This document shows, one piece after another, positions 17,895 through 27,480 of a stretch of 64,000 bases of DNA. The position numbers and the translations under genes are program-made. Position 1 is the stretch's first letter; each line of letters opens with the position of its first letter. This stretch comes from Phycisphaerae bacterium (GTDB lineage Bacteria > Planctomycetota > Phycisphaerae > UBA1845 > Fen-1342). The stretch lies in the NCBI GenBank assembly GCA_963675745.2, contig CAXXWX010000028.1, positions 1 to 64,000 on the forward strand. The letters run 5' to 3'. The notes below the pieces were generated by a model that saw only the letters and a program-made list of their open reading frames with translations, had not been told where the DNA came from and made no database searches.

Positions 17895-18362
17895 ATGAAC
17901 ACGGATCTGGCGCCTGCGGGCGCGAAAACCGAACGAGCGACGCCGGCCGACAGCGACAACTGGCAGCCCAAGATCGTCGCCTTCCTGTGCAACTGGTGCA
18001 GCTACACCGGCGCCGATCTGGCCGGCGTCTCGCGCATGAAGTGGTCGGCGTGCGTGCGCAATGTGCGCATCATGTGTACCGGACGCATGGACCCCACCTT
18101 TGTCGTCGAGGCCTTTCGCAAGGGCGCCGACGGCGTGCTCATCTCCGGTTGTCACCCCGGCGACTGTCACTACATCCAGGGGAATTACAAAACCCTACGA
18201 CGTGTACATCTGCTGAAACGCCTGCTGGCGGACTTCGGGGTTGAGCCTGAGCGACTAAAGCTCACCTGGGTCTCGGCCAGCGAGGGCGATCGCTGGGCGG
18301 AAGTCACCAACGAAATCACGGAAACCATCCGGTCACTTGGACCTTTGAGGTTGGAACTATGA
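17895..18362 (+). CDS. mvhD: Methyl-viologen-reducing hydrogenase delta subunit
   Basis: FLCNWCSYTGADLAG, MCTGR, GCHPGDCHY..GN, WVSASEG; alternative start GTG 17886. Confidence 0.95.
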   Translation: MNTDLAPAGAKTERATPADSDNWQPKIVAFLCNWCSYTGADLAGVSRMKWSACVRNVRIMCTGRMDPTFVVEAFRKGADGVLISGCHPGDCHYIQGNYKTLRRVHLLKRLLADFGVEPERLKLTWVSASEGDRWAEVTNEITETIRSLGPLRLEL

Positions 18363-19429
18363 ATGAGGGAGCTGCTGCATCCTCGGATTCTAAGCCGGAA
18401 GCGACGGCAAAGCCCAAACTGGCGCTTTACTGGGCGGCCTCCTGCGGCGGGTGCGAAATCGCCGTGCTCGACATAAAGGAGAAGATCCTCGATGTCGACG
18501 CCAATTTCGAGATCGTCTTCTGGCCGGTCGCCGTGGATTTCAAGACCAAGGATGTCGAGGCTTTGGCCGACGGCGCGATCACGCTCTGCCTGTTCAACGG
18601 CGCGATCCGCACCGACGACAACGAATACATGGCCAAACTGCTGCGCCGCAAGTCACAGGTGCTGGTGGCCTTCGGCTCGTGCGCCATGGAGGGCTGCATC
18701 CCCGCGCTGAGCAACTCAACATCGCGCGCGGCCACGCTCGATTGGGTCTACCGCGACTCCCCATCAACCGACAACGACGCGGACGTCCGACCACAGACCA
18801 CGAGCAAGGTCAACGGCTTCGACATCGAGCTGCCGGCATTCTGGGAGACCGTACGGGCGCTCGATCAGGTGGTGGATGTGGACTATTACGTGCCCGGCTG
18901 TCCGCCGCAGGCACATCAAATCTGGGCCGTGCTCGAGACGGTCATCGACATTCTCAAGACCGGCAAGCCGCTGCCACCGAAGGGCACCGTGCTGGGCGCG
19001 GGCAACAAGAGCTGTTGTGACGAATGCCCGCGCACGCGCGAAGAGAAGAAGATCAGCAAGTTCGTGCGGATCGTTGACGTCATTCCGGACCCCGACAAGT
19101 GCCTGCTGGACCAGGGCATTCTGTGCATGGGACCCGCGACACGTGACGGCTGCGGGGCCAAATGCGTGTCCGTGGGCATGGCCTGCCGCGGCTGCTACGG
19201 ACCGCCGCCCAACTCAAAGGATCAGGGGGCCAAGATGATTTCGGCGCTGGCATCCGTGATTGACTCGGAGGATCCCGAGGAAATCGAGCGCATCCTGGAT
19301 GGCGTCCTTGATCCGATCGGCAGCTTCTATCGCTTCTCACTCGCAACCGCCAGGCTCGGGCGACGACGCATGCCGGGCCAACCGGCGGGCGCCGGCGCAA
19401 CGCGGCACGTAACGGAGGATACACCGTGA
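18359..19429 (+). CDS. mvhG: Group 3c [NiFe]-hydrogenase small subunit
   Basis: WAASCGGCE, FGSCA.EGCIP, PGCPP, CDECP, CLLDQG.LCMGPATR.GC, CRGCYGP. Confidence 0.92.
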   Translation: MNEGAAASSDSKPEATAKPKLALYWAASCGGCEIAVLDIKEKILDVDANFEIVFWPVAVDFKTKDVEALADGAITLCLFNGAIRTDDNEYMAKLLRRKSQVLVAFGSCAMEGCIPALSNSTSRAATLDWVYRDSPSTDNDADVRPQTTSKVNGFDIELPAFWETVRALDQVVDVDYYVPGCPPQAHQIWAVLETVIDILKTGKPLPPKGTVLGAGNKSCCDECPRTREEKKISKFVRIVDVIPDPDKCLLDQGILCMGPATRDGCGAKCVSVGMACRGCYGPPPNSKDQGAKMISALASVIDSEDPEEIERILDGVLDPIGSFYRFSLATARLGRRRMPGQPAGAGATRHVTEDTP

Positions 19430-20904
19430 AGACGATCAAAATCGATCCGGTCACGAGACTGGAAGGACACGGGCGTATCGACATCTTCGTCAACGACGAC
19501 GGGGATGTGGCCGATTGCTTCTTCGTCGTCCCGGAGCTGCGCGGTTTCGAGCAGTTCTGTGTCGGCCGGCCCGTCGAGGAGATGCCCCGCATCACGTCGC
19601 GCATTTGCGGCGTGTGCAGCGAGGCCCACCACATCGCCGCCGCAAAGGCCTGTGACGCTGTCTATCACGTCGAGCCGCCGCCCGCGGGCCGCAAACTGCG
19701 CGAGTTGCTCTATTCGGCGTTTTTCACGGGCGACCATGCGACGCACTTTTATATCCTGGCCGCACCGGATTTCGTGTTGGGCCCCGACGCCCCGCCGGCC
19801 GAGCGCAATATTCTGGGTTTGATCAAGAAGGTTGGCCTGGAGGCGGGCAAGCGCGTGATCGATGCGCGGGCCGCCGCTCATGAGATTGTCGAGCTCATCG
19901 GCGGCAAGACCGTACACATGGTCAGCGCGATTCCCGGCGGCGTATCGAAGGGGGTGACGAGCGAGCAGCGCGATCGTATGGTCGAACTTGCCGGGCAGTT
20001 GGTCGAATTCGGCAAGTTCACGCTGGACATTCTGCAATCGGTCGTGCTGGATAACAAAGGCTACGTCGATCTGATCCTGTCCGACACGTACACCCATCGA
20101 ACGCACTACATGGGCCTCGTGGACGAACACAACCACCCCAACTTCTATGATGGGCAGATCCGCGTTGTCGATCCCGACGGAGCCCAGGTCGCAAAGTACG
20201 CCGCGCGCGACTATCTCCAACACGTCGCGGAGCACGTGGAGACGTGGTCTTACCTGAAATTCCCTTACCTCAAGGCGCGCGGGTGGCACGGGCTGGTTGA
20301 TGGCAACGACAGCGGTGTGTATCGCGCTACCCCCCTTTCACGTCTCAACGCCGCCGACGGCATGGCGACGCCGCTCGCACAAGCCGAATATGAACGTTTC
20401 TACGAGACGCTCACCGGCGATCGCAGCGGTCACAAGCCGGTGCACCAGACGCTCGCGACGCATTGGGCGCGCGTGGTTGAGCTGGTTTACGCCGCCGAAC
20501 ACACCCTGGAGCTCGCGCGCGACGAGGAGATTCTGGACCCGTGCGTGCGTGTCGTCCCAACGGCCACGCCGGACGAGGGCGTGGCAACTGTCGAGGCGCC
20601 GCGTGGCACGCTCACACATCATTACGTCACCGATGAGCGCGGCGTGCTGACCAGCGTCAACCTGATCGTCGGCACGACCAACAACAACGCGGCGATCTGC
20701 ATGTCGATCAAGAAGGCCGCACAAGCGCTGATTCAAAAGGGCGTCGAGGTCACAGAGGGTTTGCTGAATCGCATCGAGATGGCGTTTCGCGCCTACGATC
20801 CGTGCTTCGGCTGCGCCACGCACACGCTGCCCGGAAAGATGCCAATGGCCGTGCGCATTTTGAATGCAAATGGCGAAGTCCTCGCCCACGGACAGCGCGA
20901 CTGA
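19426..20904 (+). CDS. mvhA: Group 3c [NiFe]-hydrogenase large subunit
   Basis: DPVTRLEGH, L1 RICGVC, EAPRGTL.HHY, L2 RAYDPCFGCATH followed by a 25-aa extension. Confidence 0.95.
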   Translation: MKTIKIDPVTRLEGHGRIDIFVNDDGDVADCFFVVPELRGFEQFCVGRPVEEMPRITSRICGVCSEAHHIAAAKACDAVYHVEPPPAGRKLRELLYSAFFTGDHATHFYILAAPDFVLGPDAPPAERNILGLIKKVGLEAGKRVIDARAAAHEIVELIGGKTVHMVSAIPGGVSKGVTSEQRDRMVELAGQLVEFGKFTLDILQSVVLDNKGYVDLILSDTYTHRTHYMGLVDEHNHPNFYDGQIRVVDPDGAQVAKYAARDYLQHVAEHVETWSYLKFPYLKARGWHGLVDGNDSGVYRATPLSRLNAADGMATPLAQAEYERFYETLTGDRSGHKPVHQTLATHWARVVELVYAAEHTLELARDEEILDPCVRVVPTATPDEGVATVEAPRGTLTHHYVTDERGVLTSVNLIVGTTNNNAAICMSIKKAAQALIQKGVEVTEGLLNRIEMAFRAYDPCFGCATHTLPGKMPMAVRILNANGEVLAHGQRD

Positions 20905-21173
20905 CAAAAAACGCAGACCGAGCCGGCCCAGCGCCCCGATGCGGTTCAAGTCATAGCCGTCGCTGCGGCGGCATCCGCGGCGTAACATCCGCCTGCCATT
21001 ATGGGCGCCGTCACTGCTACGCGCCGCGCCTCCGAGACTCCCCCCCCCCCCCGCCGTCTCCACCAGAACGGCGCACGGCCCTTGCTTTTGCGGAACGCAC
21101 TCGGCAAACTGGAAGGCCTGACGCGGCGTTGCGGTCAATCCCAGCGCCGCCATGCTCTGGGGAGTGGGAAACA

Positions 21174-23456
21174 ATGAACAGATTCTACCTGACCATCGGC
21201 GTGGCCGTGCTGCTGTGTGGCTCTGCGCGTGCCATGCCCCGCGATGTCTCTGCCCAACCAATCGAAGCCGGCATGAGCACGGCCGGCAACGACAAGCTGC
21301 GCCCCGCGCGGCACGTGTCTTACAGCGTTCGCACGCGGTGCTGTACCGCGAGCCGCGAAGCCGGCTTCGGCGCGGCGGCGATCAGCGAGGTTTACCGCAA
21401 CATCGATACACAGATCGGCTGGTATGCGATGGCACCGGGTGACCTGGTGGGTGACGTGCTCGTCCCCGTCGCGCACGCCGGCAAACTCGACTCACTCACC
21501 TGCACGATGGTGAACGTGGCGCGCCCCGACCCGAACGACCCGAATGGCACCAACGCCGCGGATCTGCTGTCCGCCGACTTCACGCTAACGCTCTTCAACA
21601 CCCCGACGGAACACGCAGACCCGAACCTCGCGTTGGCCACGTACACGGGCTCGTTCGACTTCACCGACCCCAACACCGGCGACGGGTTGGCGCCCGGCAC
21701 GTTCGCCTGCATTACATTCGCGGATCTTGCCTCGGATCCGAATCTCGTGATCCTGCCCGATTGTGAATTTCTAGCGATCCAGTCGTATGAAGACGCGGTG
21801 TGGGGCCCGGGAATCGCCGGCTATCTCGGAGCCGCGATCATGCATCCACCTGGTATCGGCTCGAGTGAAGATACCTTCTTCGTGGACAATCATCTCGACC
21901 CACCGGGTTTCTACATACTGCCCAGTAAGCCGGCCAACCCGGGCTGGGTCGTCACGGAAAGCGATGCGATCGACTGCCCGGTGCCGGCTGTCGTGTACTC
22001 AAACACCAACGGCAGCCCGCGGGCCGCCTACGTACAAGCGGTCGGCACGGAAGTCGGCGACGACGTAGCGCTGATTGGCGGCGGCATACTGAAAGAGCTC
22101 CAGTTCACCTGCTACAACCCGGATCAGCTTGATCCCAATGAGCCGAACTCCTGCGACAAATCCGCAATCGAGGGGCTCGACGTCACAATCGTCATCCGCC
22201 GCGCGGATAGCGGTGTCGAGCTGGGGCGCCTTACGCGTCAGTTGATATACGGCTCGGGTCTCGAGGCGCTGCACCCGGGGCATTTCGTGCACTGTACGCT
22301 GACCGAGCTTGACGCCGATCCCAATTCGACCATTCACCTGACAACGCCTGACATCATAGTCGCGGCGATATTCGACAACGTCGTCTGGTCAGACCCCGGC
22401 TGCACGGGGCCTGTCGGACAGGTCACCTACTTCGACCCGAACGGCTGCGCCACGGACACTTGGGCTCCCACGCCAAACCCGACCGGCACCAGTGGCGATG
22501 TCTTCGCAATCGATGGTGCGCTGGGCTTCTCGCTGGGTGGCTGCCCGACGGTCGCCAACTTCTACTGGGAGATAACGGTTGCCGACCTCGAGCCGTTCGG
22601 CACGACCGTTGATCGGCTGCCGGCCTTTCCAGCGCCCGCGGCCCGATACTGGTTCGACCCACCGATCGCCGGCTTTGGTGGCGGGTCGGGCAACTGGCGC
22701 GGCGAGTTGCCCGAGATCGTACCCTTCCTGGAGAGCTCGCATTACCTGCTGCGCACCGACCCGAACGCTATCTCCGACCACGCCTGCCTGGGCTGGGTTT
22801 TTCGCGAACTGGATGGCACCTCGGCGCGCGAGGCTCTTCCTGAAACACCGATACCCGGCATCCTGGCCGGCGACTATGTAACCCTGCTCATGCTGCATGA
22901 AACGCGTACCGATATCAGCGCCACCGACGGGGAAGCAGGCCCCCTCAACCGCGAAATCACCATTGGGAATCTCGATCCGAACGACCCCGGCGGCCCGTTG
23001 ATCCCGCTGCTCGATCGGCAGGGCCTCGGCAACGGCACGACTCCGCTCACGCGCAGGTACAGCCCGGTGGTCGAGTCAGGCAACTTCGACCTTCAAGCTG
23101 TCGTATTCGACGTGGAAGCCGACCCCAACACCGAGACCGTCACCTCGCTATGGACACGTTGGGACGACAGCACGCTCGAACTGGCCGGCAGCCGCACCGA
23201 CGAGCTGGTCATCCACCGCTTCAAAGCCGGCGTGTTCACCATCAGCGGCGCCCAGACACTGCCGGGCGACTCGAGTTGTGACGGCTACGTGAACAACGGC
23301 GACATCGACCCATTCGTCATCGCGGTCGGCAGCCAGGCGGCGTGGGAGGCATTGCCCGGTTCGACCTGCGGTTTCCTGGCGGCGAACGACATGAACAACG
23401 ACGGGTTCGTAAACAACGGCGATATCGACCCGTTTGTCGATGCGCTTACGAAGTAA
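21174..23456 (+). CDS. Secreted protein with C-terminal dockerin-like domain, rich in DPN motifs
   Basis: Signal peptide MNRFYLTIGVAVLLCGSARA; C-terminal GDSSCDGYVNNGDIDPFV...DMNNDGFVNNGDIDPFV; two internally similar regions (VYxN...GD..L..L.xT). Confidence 0.8.
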   Translation: MNRFYLTIGVAVLLCGSARAMPRDVSAQPIEAGMSTAGNDKLRPARHVSYSVRTRCCTASREAGFGAAAISEVYRNIDTQIGWYAMAPGDLVGDVLVPVAHAGKLDSLTCTMVNVARPDPNDPNGTNAADLLSADFTLTLFNTPTEHADPNLALATYTGSFDFTDPNTGDGLAPGTFACITFADLASDPNLVILPDCEFLAIQSYEDAVWGPGIAGYLGAAIMHPPGIGSSEDTFFVDNHLDPPGFYILPSKPANPGWVVTESDAIDCPVPAVVYSNTNGSPRAAYVQAVGTEVGDDVALIGGGILKELQFTCYNPDQLDPNEPNSCDKSAIEGLDVTIVIRRADSGVELGRLTRQLIYGSGLEALHPGHFVHCTLTELDADPNSTIHLTTPDIIVAAIFDNVVWSDPGCTGPVGQVTYFDPNGCATDTWAPTPNPTGTSGDVFAIDGALGFSLGGCPTVANFYWEITVADLEPFGTTVDRLPAFPAPAARYWFDPPIAGFGGGSGNWRGELPEIVPFLESSHYLLRTDPNAISDHACLGWVFRELDGTSAREALPETPIPGILAGDYVTLLMLHETRTDISATDGEAGPLNREITIGNLDPNDPGGPLIPLLDRQGLGNGTTPLTRRYSPVVESGNFDLQAVVFDVEADPNTETVTSLWTRWDDSTLELAGSRTDELVIHRFKAGVFTISGAQTLPGDSSCDGYVNNGDIDPFVIAVGSQAAWEALPGSTCGFLAANDMNNDGFVNNGDIDPFVDALTK

Positions 23457-23553
23457 GGCTGTTTACCGCACAACGCGCAAGACCGGGTATGTCGCGCCGC
23501 CCGGATTTTCGCGTATTGCCGAATACAATCGGCGTAGAAAGGCGCGTGGATTG

Positions 23554-24621
23554 ATGAGCGCATGGCGGACACCCATCGTATTACTTACGGCGCTGGCGCT
23601 GGTCGGCTGCCGCCCGACAACGCAGGCAACGCCCCCGCCCCCTACCCCTGCTCGCCACCAAGAGAAGACGACCGACATGAGACCAAAGTACTCAGACTCC
23701 CTGTACGACATCACGCCCCTGACCAGCGACCAGGTCGAAGAGCTGGCCGCCAAGCTCGATCCCGAGTCATACCGGATCACGCAGAAATCCGGCACCGAGC
23801 CGGCCTTCTGCGGCACCCTGCTGGATGACAAGCAGGACGGCGTGTACTACTGCATAGTCTGCGGGCTGCCGCTGTTTGCCAGCGAGCACAAGTTCCATTC
23901 GGGAACCGGGTGGCCCAGCTTCTACCGTGAGTTCGACGCGCAACATGTCACGCGCCAGCCCGACCACAGCGGTGGCCGCACGCGCACCGAGATCAACTGC
24001 GCCCGTTGCGGCGCCCACCTGGGCCACGTCTTTGACGATGGACCACCGCCCACCGGCCAGCGTCACTGCCTGAACTCCGCGTCACTCACGTTCCACGCCA
24101 AGGGCGCCGAGCTTCCCCCCGAAAGCCGCCCGATCAAGACCGAGACCGCCTATTTTGCCGGCGGATGTTTCTGGGGGCTGGAGCATTACTTCCAGCAGGG
24201 GCCGGGTGTGCTCAACGCCGTCAGCGGCTACATGCAGGGCGATCTCGAGCACGCCACATACAAACAGGTATGCGCCGGCACGAGCGGACACGCCGAGACG
24301 GTCAAGGTCGTGTTCGACCCGCAGCGCATCTCGTATGAGCGTTTGCTCGAGGCCTTTTTCGACATGCACGACCCCACGCAGCTCAACCGCCAGGGACCTG
24401 ATGTCGGCGAGCAATACCGCTCCGGCATCTGGTACACCTCCGACGAGCAGAAACGTGCCGCCGAGGATTTCGTCCAGAAGCTCGTTTCCGAAAAGCGCTT
24501 CGGCGACGACAAGATCGTCACGCAAGTCGAGCCCGCCAGGAAGTTCTGGCCCGCCGAGGATTACCACCAGGACTACGTCGACAAGACCGGCCGCACCTGC
24601 CACGTGAAAAACCCCTGGTAG
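23554..24621 (+). CDS. msrAB: Bifunctional methionine sulfoxide reductase, MsrB-MsrA order, lipoprotein signal
   Basis: Lipobox LALVGC; MsrB GTEPAF, KFHSGTGWPSF, HLGHVFDDGP, RHCLNS; MsrA AGGCFWG, GHAE, NRQGPDVGEQYRS, AEDYHQDY. Confidence 0.95.
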   Translation: MSAWRTPIVLLTALALVGCRPTTQATPPPPTPARHQEKTTDMRPKYSDSLYDITPLTSDQVEELAAKLDPESYRITQKSGTEPAFCGTLLDDKQDGVYYCIVCGLPLFASEHKFHSGTGWPSFYREFDAQHVTRQPDHSGGRTRTEINCARCGAHLGHVFDDGPPPTGQRHCLNSASLTFHAKGAELPPESRPIKTETAYFAGGCFWGLEHYFQQGPGVLNAVSGYMQGDLEHATYKQVCAGTSGHAETVKVVFDPQRISYERLLEAFFDMHDPTQLNRQGPDVGEQYRSGIWYTSDEQKRAAEDFVQKLVSEKRFGDDKIVTQVEPARKFWPAEDYHQDYVDKTGRTCHVKNPW

Positions 24622-24772
24622 CAGGAGCGCTGTCGGCGGCGACGCCCCCTCCTGAATGCTCTCCCGCCCGCGGCACCGCCTCGGCGAGATCAAGATTACG
24701 TCGCGCACGCGACACGTCCGGCACGCGACATGCTAAACTGGTACGCCGTTTCACCTGTGGCGTCACCGCCGG

Positions 24773-25114
24773 ATGGGAGAGCAAATGGTCGATGTTGCGC
24801 TGGCCGCCGCCTTGCTTGACAGCCTGAAAGACCCGCTGTTGTTCGCTGACACGGACCACATCATCCGCTACATGAACAAAGCCGCGATCGCCCACTATGA
24901 CGAAGGGGCGGCCCTGCTGGGACGATCTCTGCTCGACTGCCACAACGAGGAGTCTTGCCGGCAGATGGTCGAGATACTGGCCGAGATGCTCGACGGGTTG
25001 GAGGAACGTCTGATCACCGACAATGAGAAGCACCGCATTTTCATGCGTGCCGTACGCGACGAAAACGGCCGCGTGCTGGGCTATTATGAGCGCTACGAAC
25101 CGCCGACGAAGTGA
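24773..25114 (+). CDS. Stand-alone PAS-fold protein
   Basis: FADTDHIIRYMNKAA, LLGRSLLDCH, AVRDENGRVLGY. Confidence 0.75.
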   Translation: MGEQMVDVALAAALLDSLKDPLLFADTDHIIRYMNKAAIAHYDEGAALLGRSLLDCHNEESCRQMVEILAEMLDGLEERLITDNEKHRIFMRAVRDENGRVLGYYERYEPPTK

Positions 25115-25152
25115 GCCCGGCCCAGCGCGACCCGAACAGGAGCAGACCCACG

Positions 25153-27339
25153 ATGCTTACTCGCCTGATACTGCTATTGACGCTCATAGTTATTGGTTCG
25201 GCGGGCGCCGCCGAGCCTCAGGGCGCGGACCGCACTGACTTCGCCTTTGTGCAAATCAGTGACATGCACATTTCACCGCACCTGGCACGCACGCCGGCCC
25301 CCGGGGCGCCGCGCGGAGCCGAGGCAATCGCCTGGATCTGTGAGCAGGTTGCCCGGGAGCAAACCTTGACGCCGTTTGGCATAACCACCCCCGCGCCGGC
25401 TTTCGGGCTGGCCACCGGCGATCTGACCGAATACGGCGTCATCGACGACACCTGGGAAGTGTTCGAGCAGGTGTTCTCCGCCGTGCCGTTTCCCCTTTAC
25501 GTACTGGCCGGCAACCATGACAACACATGGGTGGCGATGTATCACGTGTTGCGCAAGCGTCACGGCGGCGAAAACTACTCATTCGATAAACACGGCATCC
25601 ACTTCGCGTGCATTTGCTCAGCCTCTCCCCAGGAGCCCGTGCCGACCATTGACGCCAAAACGCGTGCCTGGCTCAAGCGTGACCTGGCGGCCATCGCGCC
25701 CGGCACGCCCGTGATTCTCGCCCTGCATCACCCGCTCTACAGCAACGAGTTCGCCAACCCGGTCGAGCGCGACACGCTCATGGACATGCTGCGCGATTAC
25801 AACGTGGTGCTGATGCTCTACGGCCACGGACACTCGGTTGATCATCGCCGAATCGACGGCATCGACGGCATGATGGGGGGATCGACCTTCGGCAAGAACG
25901 CCGGCTACGCGGTGATCAGCATCCAGGACGATAAGCTGCGCGCGGCGTACCACTATCACAAGATGCCCACCGGTGATGACCAGGCTCCAACCGATCCCGG
26001 CTGGCGCGCCGTCCTCGAGAAACCCATCCGCCGATCCGCGCCCAAACGCAAGTTTGCCATCACCGAACCCGCGGAAGGGGCAATCGTCACTGCGGAACAT
26101 CTGCGCGTCGTCGTTGAGCCGGTGGCCGAACGCGGCAAGATCGCATGGGACAACCTGGAGGTCAGTGTCGACGGCAACAAGGTGGACATTGAACTTGAAC
26201 ATAGGCCGACGGGCGTCACCTTTGAAATCCCGTGCGCAAAGCTGACGCGCGGCTGGCACCTGTTGACGCTGCGCCTGAAAGCCGGTGACAAGCTCCGCGA
26301 TCTGCGCACGCTGACGTTTGCCGCCGTGGACAACCCGCAACCGTGGGTCTGGAGAGAACAGTTCCCGGCCGCCATCAAAGCCGGACCGCGGATAGTCGAC
26401 GACAAGATCATCGTCGCGCGCACCGACGGACTGGTGTGTGCCCTCGACCACCGCACCGGCGACACGCTGTGGTCATTCGAAACCAGCGGCGAGATCCTGG
26501 GTACGCCCGCCTGGTCCGGTGAGGTGCTGGTTTTCGGTTCAGGCGACGGGCACATCACGGCGCTCAACGACGCCGGCGAACAAGTGTGGACACATGACGC
26601 CGGCCTCCCGGTTTACGGTGTGCCATTGATCGCTGGCGAGACCGTCTACATCGGCGACAACGGCGGCCGACTCCACGCGCTCGATCTGCACGACGGCAGC
26701 CCCCGCTGGACATTCGAACGCGCCGATTACGCGATCGAGTTGCAGCCCTGCGTATGGGGCGAGCTCGTGGTCTTCGGCGCCTGGGATGGATACGTATATG
26801 CGGTGTCGCGTGAATCCGGTGAGTTGGCCTGGAAGTCGCTTGGCCCCAAATCGAGCGCCGGGCGCGCTGTGACCTACTACGCCCCGGCTGATTGCGGCCC
26901 GGTCGCGATCGACGACAAGCTGTTTGTCTGTGACCGCGGCTATATGCTCGCCGCATTCGATCCAGACGGTAAGCGCAGTGACCTGCCGGAAACCAATATC
27001 GCCGCCATCACAACCGATGCGAACGCATCTTGCGTCTATGCGCGCGCAACGGATGACCATGTGTGCAGGTTGTCCCGCGGCGGCGAAGTCATCTGGAAGC
27101 GGGAAGTCCCCGCGGGGCGTTTTCCCATACCGCCGACCTGCGCCAAAGACGCCGTCTATGTGTGCTCAAACCGCGGCGTCCTGAGCGCGCTGGACGCCGA
27201 GAACGGCAACGTGCGCTACAGTTTCCAGGTGACGCCCGGGTTTTATGTCATGGCGCCGGTTGCGGTCGATGACGACGGGATGTGCTACGTAGCGGGCATG
27301 GACGGATCGGTCACGGCGTTGCGCGCGGCTGGTCGTTGA
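25153..27339 (+). CDS. Secreted calcineurin-like metallophosphoesterase with PQQ-like beta-propeller
   Basis: Signal peptide; SDMH, GDLTE, GNHD, HHP, GHGH; repeated ALD..G...W.F propeller blades. Confidence 0.88.
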   Translation: MLTRLILLLTLIVIGSAGAAEPQGADRTDFAFVQISDMHISPHLARTPAPGAPRGAEAIAWICEQVAREQTLTPFGITTPAPAFGLATGDLTEYGVIDDTWEVFEQVFSAVPFPLYVLAGNHDNTWVAMYHVLRKRHGGENYSFDKHGIHFACICSASPQEPVPTIDAKTRAWLKRDLAAIAPGTPVILALHHPLYSNEFANPVERDTLMDMLRDYNVVLMLYGHGHSVDHRRIDGIDGMMGGSTFGKNAGYAVISIQDDKLRAAYHYHKMPTGDDQAPTDPGWRAVLEKPIRRSAPKRKFAITEPAEGAIVTAEHLRVVVEPVAERGKIAWDNLEVSVDGNKVDIELEHRPTGVTFEIPCAKLTRGWHLLTLRLKAGDKLRDLRTLTFAAVDNPQPWVWREQFPAAIKAGPRIVDDKIIVARTDGLVCALDHRTGDTLWSFETSGEILGTPAWSGEVLVFGSGDGHITALNDAGEQVWTHDAGLPVYGVPLIAGETVYIGDNGGRLHALDLHDGSPRWTFERADYAIELQPCVWGELVVFGAWDGYVYAVSRESGELAWKSLGPKSSAGRAVTYYAPADCGPVAIDDKLFVCDRGYMLAAFDPDGKRSDLPETNIAAITTDANASCVYARATDDHVCRLSRGGEVIWKREVPAGRFPIPPTCAKDAVYVCSNRGVLSALDAENGNVRYSFQVTPGFYVMAPVAVDDDGMCYVAGMDGSVTALRAAGR

Positions 27340-27362
27340 TTCTGCGATGCGAAAATCAACAA

Positions 27363-27393
27363 GGCCCCGAGGGAGTTTCCTCCGCTCGGAGCC
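27363..27393. terminator. Hairpin between convergent genes (possible terminator)
   Basis: CCGAG-GGAG...CTCC-G-CTCGG stem; no strong U-tract. Confidence 0.35.
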
Positions 27394-27480
27394 CTGCCGC
27401 CACTCCCCTCCAGGATCTTGCACCGTCAAACAGCAACGTGCGACTCGCGCGTCAGCCGCGATAGGCCAGCGCGACTCGCT

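Noticed and set aside
17895..20904. Selenocysteine recoding in Mvh/Hdr subunits
   Set aside because: All ligand positions are Cys codons; no in-frame TGA needed.
21040..21052. Poly-C tract as a phase-variation switch
   Set aside because: Intergenic once the true start (21174) is used, no promoter elements placed around it, and homopolymer length is unreliable here.
24719..24734. Sigma54-like CGGCACG-N4-ATGCT (also a weak GG-N10-GC on the minus strand near 28325-28340)
   Set aside because: Imperfect matches expected by chance at this GC content; the first also reads as an extended -10.
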